Below, in pieces: positions 25,658 through 34,624 of a stretch of DNA of 34,624 nucleotides (within the stretch, counting starts at the first letter, position 1; each line of letters starts with the position of its first letter). The stretch is from Prosthecobacter sp. GTDB taxonomy: Bacteria; Verrucomicrobiota; Verrucomicrobiia; Verrucomicrobiales; Verrucomicrobiaceae. Both the position numbers and the translations under genes were made by a program. The DNA is taken from assembly GCA_025869455.1 (NCBI GenBank), contig JAOZVT010001021.1:1-34624 (forward strand). Reading direction: 5' to 3'. The notes below the pieces were generated by a model. That model saw only the letters and a list, made by a program, of their open reading frames with translations. It was not told where the DNA came from and did no database searches.

Positions 25658-28056
25658 TACTTTGCCCGCAACCAGGCGCGCCAGTGAGGCAGCAACCAGA
25701 GGACGATGAGCATGATCCAAAGGGTCCCCACACAACAAGCCAGCCCCAGACTGGAGATGCCGCGATTCCCTGCAAAGAATAGGCTGGAGAAGCCAATGAC
25801 CGTGGTCATGCCAGAGAAGAACACTGCTTTACCCGTGGTGGCCTGAACATGCCGTATATCATTATGGGTTCGTTTCAGTGAGAGCAACAGATGGATGCCA
25901 TAGTCGATGCCCGTGCCAAGCAAAAGCGGTATGGAGGCAAGGCTGGCGAGATTCCAACTCAAGCCTAAAACGCTCATGGTGGCAGCCAAGGCCCCTAACC
26001 CGCCCCCCAAAAGCAGCACGGATAGCAGCACATCCTTCACATTGCGGAAAGTGATCAGCAATGTGATGCAGATGATGCCAACGATCGGGAACAGTTGCTG
26101 ATTGAGATCCTTTTCTACCAGTGTTGACAAGGCCCCGCCCAGAGTCTCCCACCCAGCCACCCAAGCGCCCGTATCTGGAGTAAATAGTTTTTGAACTTCG
26201 GCGAGTTTCGCACGATCTGGCAGTCCAGGCTTACCCGCCAGACTGATGGAAGAAAGCGCTACGCCTTCACCTGCTTTCATGTCAGCATTGGTCGCACGAT
26301 CCCCTGTGGCCAACAGTCGGCCGATCACCGGCCCAGCAGCGGAGGTGGCTTCATCTTGCGGCCAAGGGCCAGAGAGCGCAGGCCGCCAAACATTACAAAC
26401 TCCACGCAGCAATCCCACAGCAGCCTCAGCAAAACCCGCTTCATCCACCGCTTTTTCCAGCCGCGGCTGCTCTGCCAAAAGCCATTCAATGAACTCTTTG
26501 TTAGCCACTTGAGCCGCAGGATCTCCAATCAACAACGTAGGCACCGCATGACGTATCAGCGTACCTTTTTTCACAGCCTCATCCAGCTTCACGCTCAAAG
26601 CTTGAGCACGCGCGCGCAGCTCATTCGCAGGCCCTGTGATCAAGACCGGCAGGCTGGCTTCGTCTTGCTGTCCCAGCCGCTCTTGCATCCATTGCAAAGT
26701 GGCCATTGCTTCACTGTTGGTGGGGCGCAGTGCCTCAGCATTGGTCTGAAACTTGGGTAAGCCTAAGGTGGCAAAAATAGCCGCCATGCTCCCAAACAAA
26801 ATCACGGTCCCTAGGATGGCCAAGCCTGGGCGGGCGGGCTCGCCCATGGTTTCCACCACCGTATTCGGCGGCTGTTTCCCTGCTGTGAAACGGGGTGCCA
26901 GACCGAGCATGACACAGAAACCCACAATGACCCCCAAAGCGACCAGCAAGCCCAGTTCCGCAAGCCCTGGCAGCCCACTGAATAGGAGTGAGAGAAACAC
27001 CGTAGAGGTGGTGCAGGCCCCAGCGATGATGCCTGGAGCCGCCAGTTTGCGTAGGCCCATGGCATCCAGGTGCGGATGCTGCCGCGCCTCTTGAATGATG
27101 AGCACCGCATAATCCACAATGATGCCCAATACAATGGCCGCAAAACCCAAGCTCATGATGGACAGTTTACCCACTAACAGACCACCTGCCCCCATGGTGA
27201 GCACCATGCTCAGCATGAGCAGTCCCTGAATCCAGAGCAGAGGCTTGAGCCGCTTGAACATGATCCAAAATAGCAGCGCAATGAGCACCTCCGTGATGCC
27301 GATGGTGCTGGACATGTCCTTTTCAATACCAGCCCCGATTTCCGCCTGAAAAGCGGGTTCGCCTGTGTAGCGAAGGGTCAGTTTTTGATCCCCGCGCCAA
27401 TCGGCAATCTCGGCTTTGATTTGCTTCAGCCAAGCTTCGGCAGCCTTATAGTTACCAACTCCGGTGGCAGGCGTGACCAGCAAGAGTCGAAAGGTTCCAT
27501 CTTCTGAGACAAGGCCGAACATGGAACCTTCCAGCGCGCTCATGGCCGAGGCATCCAGACTATCCAGCAGGCCAAGGGGGTCATAAGAGGCGCGTTGCAC
27601 TTTTTCAGCATCCAATGTGGTTCCCACGGTTTGCAGGGACTGCTGGATTTTTGCCACGGCACCTGCGCCTTCTAGCCGAGCCCGAACGGCCTTCATCTGA
27701 GCCGGATCCGTATTCTGCAAAGCCCAGGCCATGAGTGCAGCCCCTGATTGCGCCTGCTGCTCGATCGGTTGCGCCCAGCGTACTTCTTTGACCAAGTCCG
27801 TACGTTTTTGCAGTCGCTCGGCCAGAGTCGTCATGGCATCCTCCGCAGCCATCTCGTCCTCAGCCTCCAGCGCGATGAGCAAGTCACTGCCGCCAGCAAA
27901 ACCATCCCGAAGCAGTTTCAGGGCACGAACTTCTGGCACTTCCTCAGGAAGCGTGGCCAGGATATCCGTCTCCAACTTTAGGCGAATGAGTCCTATAACG
28001 AAGAGGGGCAGGATCAGGAGGCCAATGAACCAGGGCTTAAAAAGGAGAGAACGCAT
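25657..28056 (-). CDS. MMPL/RND-superfamily membrane exporter
   Basis: Two repeats of large periplasmic loop plus TM bundle; LETDILATLP, YTGEP, IVLGIIVDYAV, LLLGTGIDYGIH, TTVIGFSSL. Confidence 0.88.
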   Translation of the reverse strand: MRSLLFKPWFIGLLILPLFVIGLIRLKLETDILATLPEEVPEVRALKLLRDGFAGGSDLLIALEAEDEMAAEDAMTTLAERLQKRTDLVKEVRWAQPIEQQAQSGAALMAWALQNTDPAQMKAVRARLEGAGAVAKIQQSLQTVGTTLDAEKVQRASYDPLGLLDSLDASAMSALEGSMFGLVSEDGTFRLLLVTPATGVGNYKAAEAWLKQIKAEIADWRGDQKLTLRYTGEPAFQAEIGAGIEKDMSSTIGITEVLIALLFWIMFKRLKPLLWIQGLLMLSMVLTMGAGGLLVGKLSIMSLGFAAIVLGIIVDYAVLIIQEARQHPHLDAMGLRKLAAPGIIAGACTTSTVFLSLLFSGLPGLAELGLLVALGVIVGFCVMLGLAPRFTAGKQPPNTVVETMGEPARPGLAILGTVILFGSMAAIFATLGLPKFQTNAEALRPTNSEAMATLQWMQERLGQQDEASLPVLITGPANELRARAQALSVKLDEAVKKGTLIRHAVPTLLIGDPAAQVANKEFIEWLLAEQPRLEKAVDEAGFAEAAVGLLRGVCNVWRPALSGPWPQDEATSAAGPVIGRLLATGDRATNADMKAGEGVALSSISLAGKPGLPDRAKLAEVQKLFTPDTGAWVAGWETLGGALSTLVEKDLNQQLFPIVGIICITLLITFRNVKDVLLSVLLLGGGLGALAATMSVLGLSWNLASLASIPLLLGTGIDYGIHLLLSLKRTHNDIRHVQATTGKAVFFSGMTTVIGFSSLFFAGNRGISSLGLACCVGTLWIMLIVLWLLPHWRAWLRAK

Positions 28057-28194
28057 GGAGGGAATACTATCAAAGGACCGCCCGCCTCATCTGAAAAGGA
28101 TGATTTTAAGGCAATGCGGAAAGGCGACACCCACTGAACAGCATCCACAACAACCTCTTTCGTAAGTTCCGAAGACGCATTACTCTGTGATTTC

Positions 28195-29091
28195 ATGGCA
28201 GACCTCGGCAGACTCAATCAACTCACGGTTCTTTACAGCACTCCACAGGGCATTTACCTCGGAGGGGGAGACCATGGGGAAATCTTGCTGCCGACTCGGT
28301 ACATTCCACGCGGCACCCAGTTGGATGACGTGCTGGAGGTCTTTGTCTATCGAGATTCCGAAGACCGCGTCATCGCCACCACTGAGCGGCCCCTGGTCAT
28401 GGTGGGCGAATCCGCCCCGCTAAAAGTGGTGAGTGTGAATCGCCGGGTCGGTGCCTTTTTGGACTGGGGCCTGCCCAAGGACCTGCTGCTCCCCTTTCGT
28501 CAGCAGGCTGAACCCGTGTTTGCTGGAGATACCGTGATCGTTCACGTGATGGTGGATGAAAAAACGGACCGCATCATTGCGACCACGAAAATCAACAAAC
28601 ACCTGGGCAAACAGACCGCTTTTTTCAAACCTGGGCAGCAGGTGGCGTTGGTGATCTTGGCGGAGACGCCACTGGGATACAATGCCATTGTCGAAGGCAC
28701 CCACCAGGGATTGCTCTATCACAGCAACGTCGGAGCCAAGTTGGAAGTGGGTCAAAAACTCAAGGGATTCGTGACCGCCATCCGCCCAGGAGGTAAATTG
28801 GACCTCAGCCTGGATGCCAAAGGTTACCAACGTGTCGCTCCCTTGACCGATCAAATTCTCACAGCGTTGCAGGCCAATGGCGGCAGCCTAGATTTCGATG
28901 ACGACAGCTCGCCTGAGTCCATTCGGCAGAACTTTGATTGCAGTAAAAAAGCCTTTAAGCAGGCCCTTGGCGCTCTTTTCCGCCAGCGCCGCCTTCGGTT
29001 CACCAATCCCGGCATCGCCTACGTGGATATCCGCGAAAGCACAGGGCAGGAATGGCGACCAGGAGAAACGGACGACGGGGCGAAGGCGTAA
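28195..29091 (+). CDS. cvfB: CvfB-family S1-like RNA-binding protein
   Basis: GIYL......ILLP.RYIP, VFVYRDSEDR..ATT, GAFLDWGLPKDLLLPF, GLLYHS, RPGGKLDLSL, SSPESI...F..SKKAFKQALGAL. Confidence 0.92.
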   Translation: MADLGRLNQLTVLYSTPQGIYLGGGDHGEILLPTRYIPRGTQLDDVLEVFVYRDSEDRVIATTERPLVMVGESAPLKVVSVNRRVGAFLDWGLPKDLLLPFRQQAEPVFAGDTVIVHVMVDEKTDRIIATTKINKHLGKQTAFFKPGQQVALVILAETPLGYNAIVEGTHQGLLYHSNVGAKLEVGQKLKGFVTAIRPGGKLDLSLDAKGYQRVAPLTDQILTALQANGGSLDFDDDSSPESIRQNFDCSKKAFKQALGALFRQRRLRFTNPGIAYVDIRESTGQEWRPGETDDGAKA

Positions 29092-29120
29092 GCCCCACCC
29101 CAGCGCCCTAAAACTCCGCC

Positions 29121-29149
29121 TTTACCTGGGGCACAGTCCCCATTATAAA
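29121..29149 (+). promoter_or_regulatory. Putative promoter for the aminopeptidase gene (possibly leaderless)
   Basis: TTTACC, 17-nt spacer, TATAAA ending 8 nt before ATG 29157; no Shine-Dalgarno. Confidence 0.35.
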
Positions 29150-29156
29150 CGCGTTC

Positions 29157-30254
29157 ATGCACGATCCTCGCGTTGACCAGCTAGCTCGCCAACTTGTCCG
29201 TTACTCCACCAAGGTAAAAAAAGGAGACTTCGTTTGGGTAGATTGTTTTGATGTCCCCAACTACGTAGCCCAGGCGATGGTCCGGGCCGTGGTGGATGCC
29301 AAAGCGCGCCCGATCGTGAAGCTGCATGACACCACCATCACGCGTGAACTCATGGTCCATGCGGATGAGGGGCAGTATGATGTCATTGCTGAAAGTGAAC
29401 TGGCGCTCATGAAGAAGATGGACTGCTACATCGCCGTGCGTGGTAGTCACAACATCACCGAGAACAGTGACGTGCCGCCGGATAAAATGAAGATGGTCAT
29501 GGCCAAGCTGCGTCCGCTGCAAAATGAGCGCGTGAACAATACGCGCTGGTGTGTCCTGCGCTGGCCTACAAGCGCCATGGCGCAGCAGGCAGGCATGAGC
29601 ACGCGGGCATTTGAAGACTTCTACTTCAAGGTCTGCCTCCTGGACTATGCCGCCCTGATTCCGGCCATGAATGCGCTGAAAAAGCTCATGGATAAGGCCA
29701 AGGAAGTTCACATCACAGGACCAGGGACGGACCTGCGTTTCAGCCTGAAGGGCCTCAAGTCCATCGTCTGTGGCGGTCGCCATAACATTCCTGATGGGGA
29801 GGTCTTCAGTGCGCCTGTAAAGGACAGTGTGGAAGGCGTGGTCACCTACAATGCACCGACCATTTACCAGGGCATCTCTTTTGATTCCGTGAAACTGGAG
29901 TTTTCCAAAGGCAAGATCGTGAACGCTACGGCCAACAACACCGAAGCGATCAATAAGATCTTCGATAGCGATGATGGCGCTCGCTTCATCGGTGAATTCG
30001 CCATCGGTTTTAACCGGGAGATCCGGGAGCCTATGCGGGACATCCTTTTTGATGAAAAGATTGCCGGGAGTTTCCATTTCACCCCAGGTCAGGCCTACGA
30101 AGGCGTGGCGGACAATGGCAACCGTAGCCAAGTGCATTGGGATCTCGTCTGCATCCAGCGGCCCGACTACGGTGGCGGTGAAATCCGTTTTGATGGAGAA
30201 TTGATCCGCAAGGACGGTCAATTTATTCTGCCAGAATTGAAGCCGCTGAATTAA
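29157..30254 (+). CDS. Aminopeptidase, peptidase family M29 (AmpS/AmpT-like)
   Basis: DPR...[66 protein letters not shown]. Confidence 0.95.
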   Translation: MHDPRVDQLARQLVRYSTKVKKGDFVWVDCFDVPNYVAQAMVRAVVDAKARPIVKLHDTTITRELMVHADEGQYDVIAESELALMKKMDCYIAVRGSHNITENSDVPPDKMKMVMAKLRPLQNERVNNTRWCVLRWPTSAMAQQAGMSTRAFEDFYFKVCLLDYAALIPAMNALKKLMDKAKEVHITGPGTDLRFSLKGLKSIVCGGRHNIPDGEVFSAPVKDSVEGVVTYNAPTIYQGISFDSVKLEFSKGKIVNATANNTEAINKIFDSDDGARFIGEFAIGFNREIREPMRDILFDEKIAGSFHFTPGQAYEGVADNGNRSQVHWDLVCIQRPDYGGGEIRFDGELIRKDGQFILPELKPLN

Positions 30255-30360
30255 GAAGACGCGCGGTTCTGCGATGCCGCGCCCGCCAGGGCGCGTAGCG
30301 GATGGTGCAGATCAAATCACATGCCTGCCCCAACTGCTAGCGCAGGCAGTGACGACAAGG

Positions 30361-30391
30361 CCAAAAGTTCAGTTGGAACCCCCAACTGAAC
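30361..30391 (-). terminator. Intrinsic terminator of the beta-CASP nuclease gene
   Basis: Perfect 10-bp stem GTTCAGTTGG/CCAACTGAAC (30367-30391) with 5-nt loop, followed by TTTT on the minus strand, 2 nt after the stop. Confidence 0.65.
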
Positions 30392-30393
30392 GA

Positions 30394-31761
30394 CTACCAG
30401 AGTTCAATCGGCGTATGCGTGTCTGGACGGATGATTTCCGTGTCACGGAGTGTATCCGCAAAACGAGCGCTGAACCATGCCTGGGAAGGTTCCTCACCAT
30501 GGACCATGAGCAGCTTCTTCGGCTGCACCTTCTCCACGTATTCAGCGATTTGCTCGCGAGTGGCGTGGGCGCTGAGATCAAAGCTTTCGATCCGGGCCTG
30601 AAGTTCCACGGCTGGAAGATCAGGAGACAGTTTGACCTTTTCTCCAGCTTTGGCAACGCGCAGGCGATAGCCTGGGGATAGCGGGTCCGTGTAGCCGACA
30701 AAGGCGACCGCGTTGCGTGGATTATCAATGAACTTCGCCGCGAAGTGATTGGAGGTCGTGCCTTCCGTCATCATGCCACTGGAGAGGGCGTAGATGGTGC
30801 GTGGCTGGTAATCGATCTGTGGTCTGCCTGGGCCGCGTTTGCGGCGTGGAGCCACCAGCATGTCCACATCTTCCAGCAGACGGAAACCTGGATAACTCCG
30901 GCGTGTACGGTCTGAGTAGTGATCGTATAACACCGTCACTTTGGTCCCCAGTCCGCCAATGCGCAGGGGCATTTCAGGGATCAGACCTTCCTCATGCAGT
31001 TCATGCAGCATCAGCATCACCTCCTGCGTTTTGCCGAGGGCAAACACAGGGATAAGGACCGAACCGTTGGCGTCAAAAGTATCTCGGATGAGTGCGGCTA
31101 GGCGTTCTTTTTCGCCTTTGCGTGAATAGTCCGCCGGGCGCTCATATGTACCGCGTGTTGTTTCTACCACCAGCACATCAATGCCCTCCGTGGGGAAATC
31201 CGCAGCACGGGCGATGGTCTGATTTTCAAAATTCACATCACCGGTGTAAAACAGACTGTTGCCGTTTTGCCGTATCATGATGCCTGCTGACCCCATGATA
31301 TGCCCCGCATCATGGAAACTGGCCGTGAGATCGCCATTAGGCAGTTCAAAGGGGCGATCTAAATCACGGTAGATATACTGAGCGCGGTTTTCATCCAACT
31401 CGCGATGCGTGAAAAGTGGGTACTCATGGATGCTCAGCTCTTCCCGCTGAGAGGACATCACATTGACCGAATTATGCAGCATCGCACTGGTGATCTCACC
31501 CGTCGGTTCCGTCATGAAAACGGGGGTCTTCGGTTGTTTCCGCATCAGCACAGGCAGGGCACCAATGTGATCATGATGCGCATGAGTGATCAAGATGGAG
31601 TCTGCGCTGTCATGTGGCAGAGGACCAAAGTCAGGCAAAGCATCAAAACCAACCTCTTTCGGATGCATTCCAGCATCTAGAACGACGCGATTATCACCAG
31701 ACTCGAGGAGGTAGCAGTTGGCCCCGATCTCGCGGCGGCGGGTAAGATTACGGAAACGCAT
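30394..31761 (-). CDS. Metallo-beta-lactamase fold, beta-CASP family ribonuclease
   Basis: EIGANCY, LDAG, THAHHDHIGAL (HxHxDH), AGHIMGSA, YTGD, GSVLIPVFALGKTQE, SSGM, FVGY, LSAHA, MVHGE. Confidence 0.93.
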   Translation of the reverse strand: MRFRNLTRRREIGANCYLLESGDNRVVLDAGMHPKEVGFDALPDFGPLPHDSADSILITHAHHDHIGALPVLMRKQPKTPVFMTEPTGEITSAMLHNSVNVMSSQREELSIHEYPLFTHRELDENRAQYIYRDLDRPFELPNGDLTASFHDAGHIMGSAGIMIRQNGNSLFYTGDVNFENQTIARAADFPTEGIDVLVVETTRGTYERPADYSRKGEKERLAALIRDTFDANGSVLIPVFALGKTQEVMLMLHELHEEGLIPEMPLRIGGLGTKVTVLYDHYSDRTRRSYPGFRLLEDVDMLVAPRRKRGPGRPQIDYQPRTIYALSSGMMTEGTTSNHFAAKFIDNPRNAVAFVGYTDPLSPGYRLRVAKAGEKVKLSPDLPAVELQARIESFDLSAHATREQIAEYVEKVQPKKLLMVHGEEPSQAWFSARFADTLRDTEIIRPDTHTPIELW

Positions 31762-31850
31762 GTGTTCGTTTGAAAAGTAGCAGAAGAAAACGTGAAGCTA
31801 GGGGCATGTGACGAAACTGCAAGCACTGAGACAACGAGCCTAGGTTTGCC

Positions 31851-33392
31851 CTAGATGCCTGGGCCTTCCTGGCTAAAGTCTTTTTCAGGTTTGGATGTTC
31901 CCTTGGAAGGCTCTTCTTTGCCTAGGTTAGGCTTGTTTTTCGGGCAAAGCTCGTTCTTTGGCGATTCCGTCGTTTGAGTCGGAGGCTGCTCCGTTTTTTT
32001 CGTCTCCCCTTGTTCCGACAGCTCTGTTTTTTGTTTAGAAACCTCTTCGGTTCCATCCATAGCGGGTGCCGTGGAGTCAGGCTTGACAGCAGAATTGGCC
32101 GTAGATTTTGGAGCGGTCTTGGGAGCGGTTAGGTCGAACATGTCCTCTGTGTTGGTTACCGACTCGTCTGTTTGGGGAATCATTGGAGCCTTTTCGCCCA
32201 AGAATCTGCCCAGGAGGGTTCCCACCAAGAGGAGAGCGAGAGGAATGGTAGGAGGAGTCCAAATTAACTCGGCCAGAAAGAGGCCAAAACCTGTTATTAA
32301 AGCCCCAAAAATAAGAAACAGGCCGACTTTAAGGGCTGTTTTCTGACGCAATTTCGTCGCCAACCCCAGAGCTAATAAGGCGGCGATTCCCCAAGTGGCC
32401 CACTGTTGAAGTGGAGAAAACGTACGTATTTTTGGCAACGCCAGTAGGTGATTGAGAGCCCGTGCATACAATTCAGCTGGAGCACTTTGATCTTTCGAGG
32501 TCGTGCCGACCACGATGATTCGGGCGTTGTTTAGGCGGTCTTGGTCACTCTCCGTCATGGCATCTGCGAGACCTCCCATCATCAAATTCAGCGCGTTTAA
32601 CGTGGGCACTTTGTCTTCGTCTTGGACGATGTACTCTCCCGTGGGTTCCAAGGGGATGTAAATCCCCCCTTGCAGATAAGCCCCCGCATCTAGGCCAAGT
32701 CGTAATCGCTGCCCAGCGGCATAAGAGCTCAGGCTGTAACGCGCCAGAGTTTGCGCCAAGACCGTGGGGATAAGAGAATCCCGAGCATTGACAGCATACG
32801 GAAGTCTCCAGTGACCCTGAACTTTTCTCAGGCAGAACGGCCCGAGTTCACTGGAGCCACGCACCACCGTATCAGGTGCCGTGACCAAGGCCGCGAGTTT
32901 GGGAACAGAAGCCAACCCACCATCCACCAGCTGAAAGCGTGGCAGGACGGATTCTAAATCTGCCAAGAAAGCAGGTGCCGTATAGCTAGCATCAGCCAAT
33001 TCAGCTTCAATGCCTAGCACCACACTGGGAAAGGGAAGCAGAGCTTCTGAAACAGAGGCGCCAAACTCAGGGGTCGGATGCCCCCAGTTCAACGGATTGG
33101 TGATGACCACCACACTCGGATGATACTGGTGCAGATTTTTGAGCAAGGACTGCCAATCCAGCGGAGGCGGCGGCCAACTCGCGTATTCATCTCGCTCATC
33201 CTCCCTCATCTCGATCAAAACGACCTCGCCAGGAGTCACCGTCTTTTCAAATTTCCAGCGCGCATTTTCCACTAGGAAATCCAGAACCGCGTCATCCACC
33301 TTCTGAAAGCTGCCTGCTTTCTGTTCACCCATCAGAAACCAGACCGTTCCGGCTAGGCAGAGGAGGGAGAAAATGAGGCGCATTACCGGCAT
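31851..33392 (-). CDS. Membrane protein with CHASE2-like extracytoplasmic domain, 3 TM helices and low-complexity C-terminal tail
   Basis: N-terminal TM; D....DFL, VVLIE......SWPPP..DW..LL..L..Y.P.VVV, RIIVVGTT, AELYARAL..LL then three TMs; P/K/E/T/S-rich tail. Confidence 0.65.
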   Translation of the reverse strand: MPVMRLIFSLLCLAGTVWFLMGEQKAGSFQKVDDAVLDFLVENARWKFEKTVTPGEVVLIEMREDERDEYASWPPPPLDWQSLLKNLHQYHPSVVVITNPLNWGHPTPEFGASVSEALLPFPSVVLGIEAELADASYTAPAFLADLESVLPRFQLVDGGLASVPKLAALVTAPDTVVRGSSELGPFCLRKVQGHWRLPYAVNARDSLIPTVLAQTLARYSLSSYAAGQRLRLGLDAGAYLQGGIYIPLEPTGEYIVQDEDKVPTLNALNLMMGGLADAMTESDQDRLNNARIIVVGTTSKDQSAPAELYARALNHLLALPKIRTFSPLQQWATWGIAALLALGLATKLRQKTALKVGLFLIFGALITGFGLFLAELIWTPPTIPLALLLVGTLLGRFLGEKAPMIPQTDESVTNTEDMFDLTAPKTAPKSTANSAVKPDSTAPAMDGTEEVSKQKTELSEQGETKKTEQPPTQTTESPKNELCPKNKPNLGKEEPSKGTSKPEKDFSQEGPGI

Positions 33393-33540
33393 GGTTCACA
33401 GTGAACTAGGCTGAGCGGCCTGCCAAGTACTGGCCAACCGCAAAACCACAGATTGAGCCGTCTGGAAACGAAATGCTATCTCATTCAACCTGCACTTGCA
33501 CTCAATCTGATCCGTGCCAGACTGCGTGTCCCATATTCAC

Positions 33541-33614
33541 TACCCCTTAGTGTAATGGTAACATAACAGATTCTGACTCTGTTGTTCAAGGTTCGAGTCC
33601 TTGAGGGGTAGCCA
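33541..33614 (+). tRNA. trnQ: tRNA-Gln (anticodon CTG)
   Basis: Acceptor stem TACCCCT/AGGGGTA plus GCCA, D arm AGTGTAATGGTAACAT, anticodon arm ACAGA-TTCTGAC-TCTGT, T arm CAAGG-TTCGAGT-CCTTG; U1-A72 pair typical of tRNA-Gln. Confidence 0.97.
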
Positions 33615-33792
33615 CTTCGGGAAGCTTAGTCATCAAAAAGCTTCAAAATCAAGGGAGCTACTTGAAACGAACGGCCATCTTGTATGTGGTTGCGATCAAA
33701 ATGCGACAGGGCTGCTTTTGGACGGGCTGTATGATTTGCACTCTGGACTGGCTCTGGTCAGGCCGAGCTTATGGGTTAATTTGAGGTGTCCT

Positions 33793-34416
33793 ATGTGCAA
33801 TCGTTACCATTTCTCAGGCCGTGAGGTCAGACGTCTTGTTGAGCGCATGAGGCTGCGCCCTGTGACGAAGAAGGCCACTGATGTTTGGCCGACCAAACCT
33901 GCGCCCGTCGTTTTGCATCGTCAAGACTATGGAGCCTGTTTTGAGCTGATGAAATGGGGACTGCAACCAGATTGGCAAAAGCAGCTTTTGTTGTTTGCCA
34001 GGGCGGAGACCGTGCATTCAAAAATGACCTTTCGCCAAGCTTATCGGCAGCGGCGGTGTCTGGTGGCGGCCACGACATTCTGGGAAGGCGCGTGCTTTGG
34101 CCGTGGTGATGGTGAGCCTTTGGTTTTCGGCGGTGTGTGGGATTCGTGGATGGATGCCCAGGGCCATCAGAGTGAGGGCTTTGTCATGCTGAGCACCCCA
34201 GCAACCAATGCCGTCATGCCGTACAATGAACGGCAACCGCTGGTTTTGCCTGAGGAGGCCTGGACAGCTTGGATCGACCCGAAAAGTGAGCCTGCGATAT
34301 TGCAGCCTCTGCTGAGAACTTGGGAAGACTTGGTGCAGACGGCCCCGGAGCCGCCGAAGAAGGAAAGGCCGGTGATCAAACCAACCTCGACAGAGCAGTT
34401 GGAGTTGAAATGGTAG
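33793..34416 (+). CDS. SOS response-associated peptidase (SRAP/YedK/HMCES family), divergent
   Basis: Starts MCNRY with GAGGTG Shine-Dalgarno-like site upstream; P...APV, MKWGL.P.W, ARAETV..K.TFR.A..QRRCLV.A..FWE, FGGVWD.W, R.PLVL......W.DP. Confidence 0.88.
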   Translation: MCNRYHFSGREVRRLVERMRLRPVTKKATDVWPTKPAPVVLHRQDYGACFELMKWGLQPDWQKQLLLFARAETVHSKMTFRQAYRQRRCLVAATTFWEGACFGRGDGEPLVFGGVWDSWMDAQGHQSEGFVMLSTPATNAVMPYNERQPLVLPEEAWTAWIDPKSEPAILQPLLRTWEDLVQTAPEPPKKERPVIKPTSTEQLELKW

Positions 34417-34423
34417 GTCTTCT

Positions 34424-34624
34424 TTACTCCTGCTCCTCATTATCATCTCTGTTGATGAGATTTAGAGCCGATGAGATTTTTGAATAACGGTCCACTGAAG
34501 GCGTGACACGCCTCAGCGCTGAGTAAACAAGGTCGCATGATAGTCCATAGATCGTCGTAGCTGTGTGCCACAATTTAACCATCCCAATTAACCACAACGG
34601 TTGCCCCTCCTCATGCATTTCTCG
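34424..34624 (-). CDS. Possible C-terminal end of a gene entering from beyond the window
   Basis: Frame is open to the window edge (..REMHEEGQPLW...NEEQE*) and its stop lies 7 nt from the SRAP stop; no recognisable family. Confidence 0.3.
   Translation of the reverse strand, partial: REMHEEGQPLWLIGMVKLWHTATTIYGLSCDLVYSALRRVTPSVDRYSKISSALNLINRDDNEEQE

Noticed and set aside
29181-30221. 346-aa antisense ORF
   Set aside because: Codon-aligned mirror of the M29 aminopeptidase, a common result of codon bias; no motifs.
33393-33407. GTTCAC-A-GTGAAC palindrome as a LexA box
   Set aside because: Spacer is 5 nt rather than 4 and the flanking bases mismatch; may be another operator but unsupported.
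33601-33792. Upstream extension of the SRAP ORF
   Set aside because: Overlaps the tRNA, and SRAP proteins need Cys at position 2, fixing the start at 33793.

Overview
Bacterial chromosomal window. The PSCyt/DUF1549/DUF1553 giant protein, two sulfatases and GC-rich palindromic repeats suggest a Verrucomicrobiota/PVC organism (inference, not a database result). Left to right: a secreted CAP-domain protein cut by the window edge; a minus-strand metal cluster (ArsR regulator, HTH-only ModE, a perfect ModE-like operator over a TTGACA -35, TonB-dependent receptor, exported molybdopterin-binding-fold protein, CobW-like GTPase); DUF2062 and uppP; two small coiled-coil proteins; a 1705-aa c-type-heme/WD40/DUF1549/DUF1553 protein coupled to a sulfatase; a divergent intergenic region with 11-bp-phased TCCCCAT repeats; a Wadjet/MksBEF-type SMC operon (jetABC-like) with no jetD nuclease, followed by a 101-aa DUF6968-like gene and yicC; an MFS transporter plus sulfatase; a ~250-nt rod-like folded intergenic element; an MMPL exporter, cvfB, M29 aminopeptidase, beta-CASP nuclease and an orphan CHASE2-like membrane protein; then tRNA-Gln(CTG) followed by a divergent SRAP gene that may mark an island edge. 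Best leads: the JetD-less SMC system, the ModE-controlled TonB uptake module and the ~250-nt structured element. Family calls come from motif recognition by eye; no searches were run.
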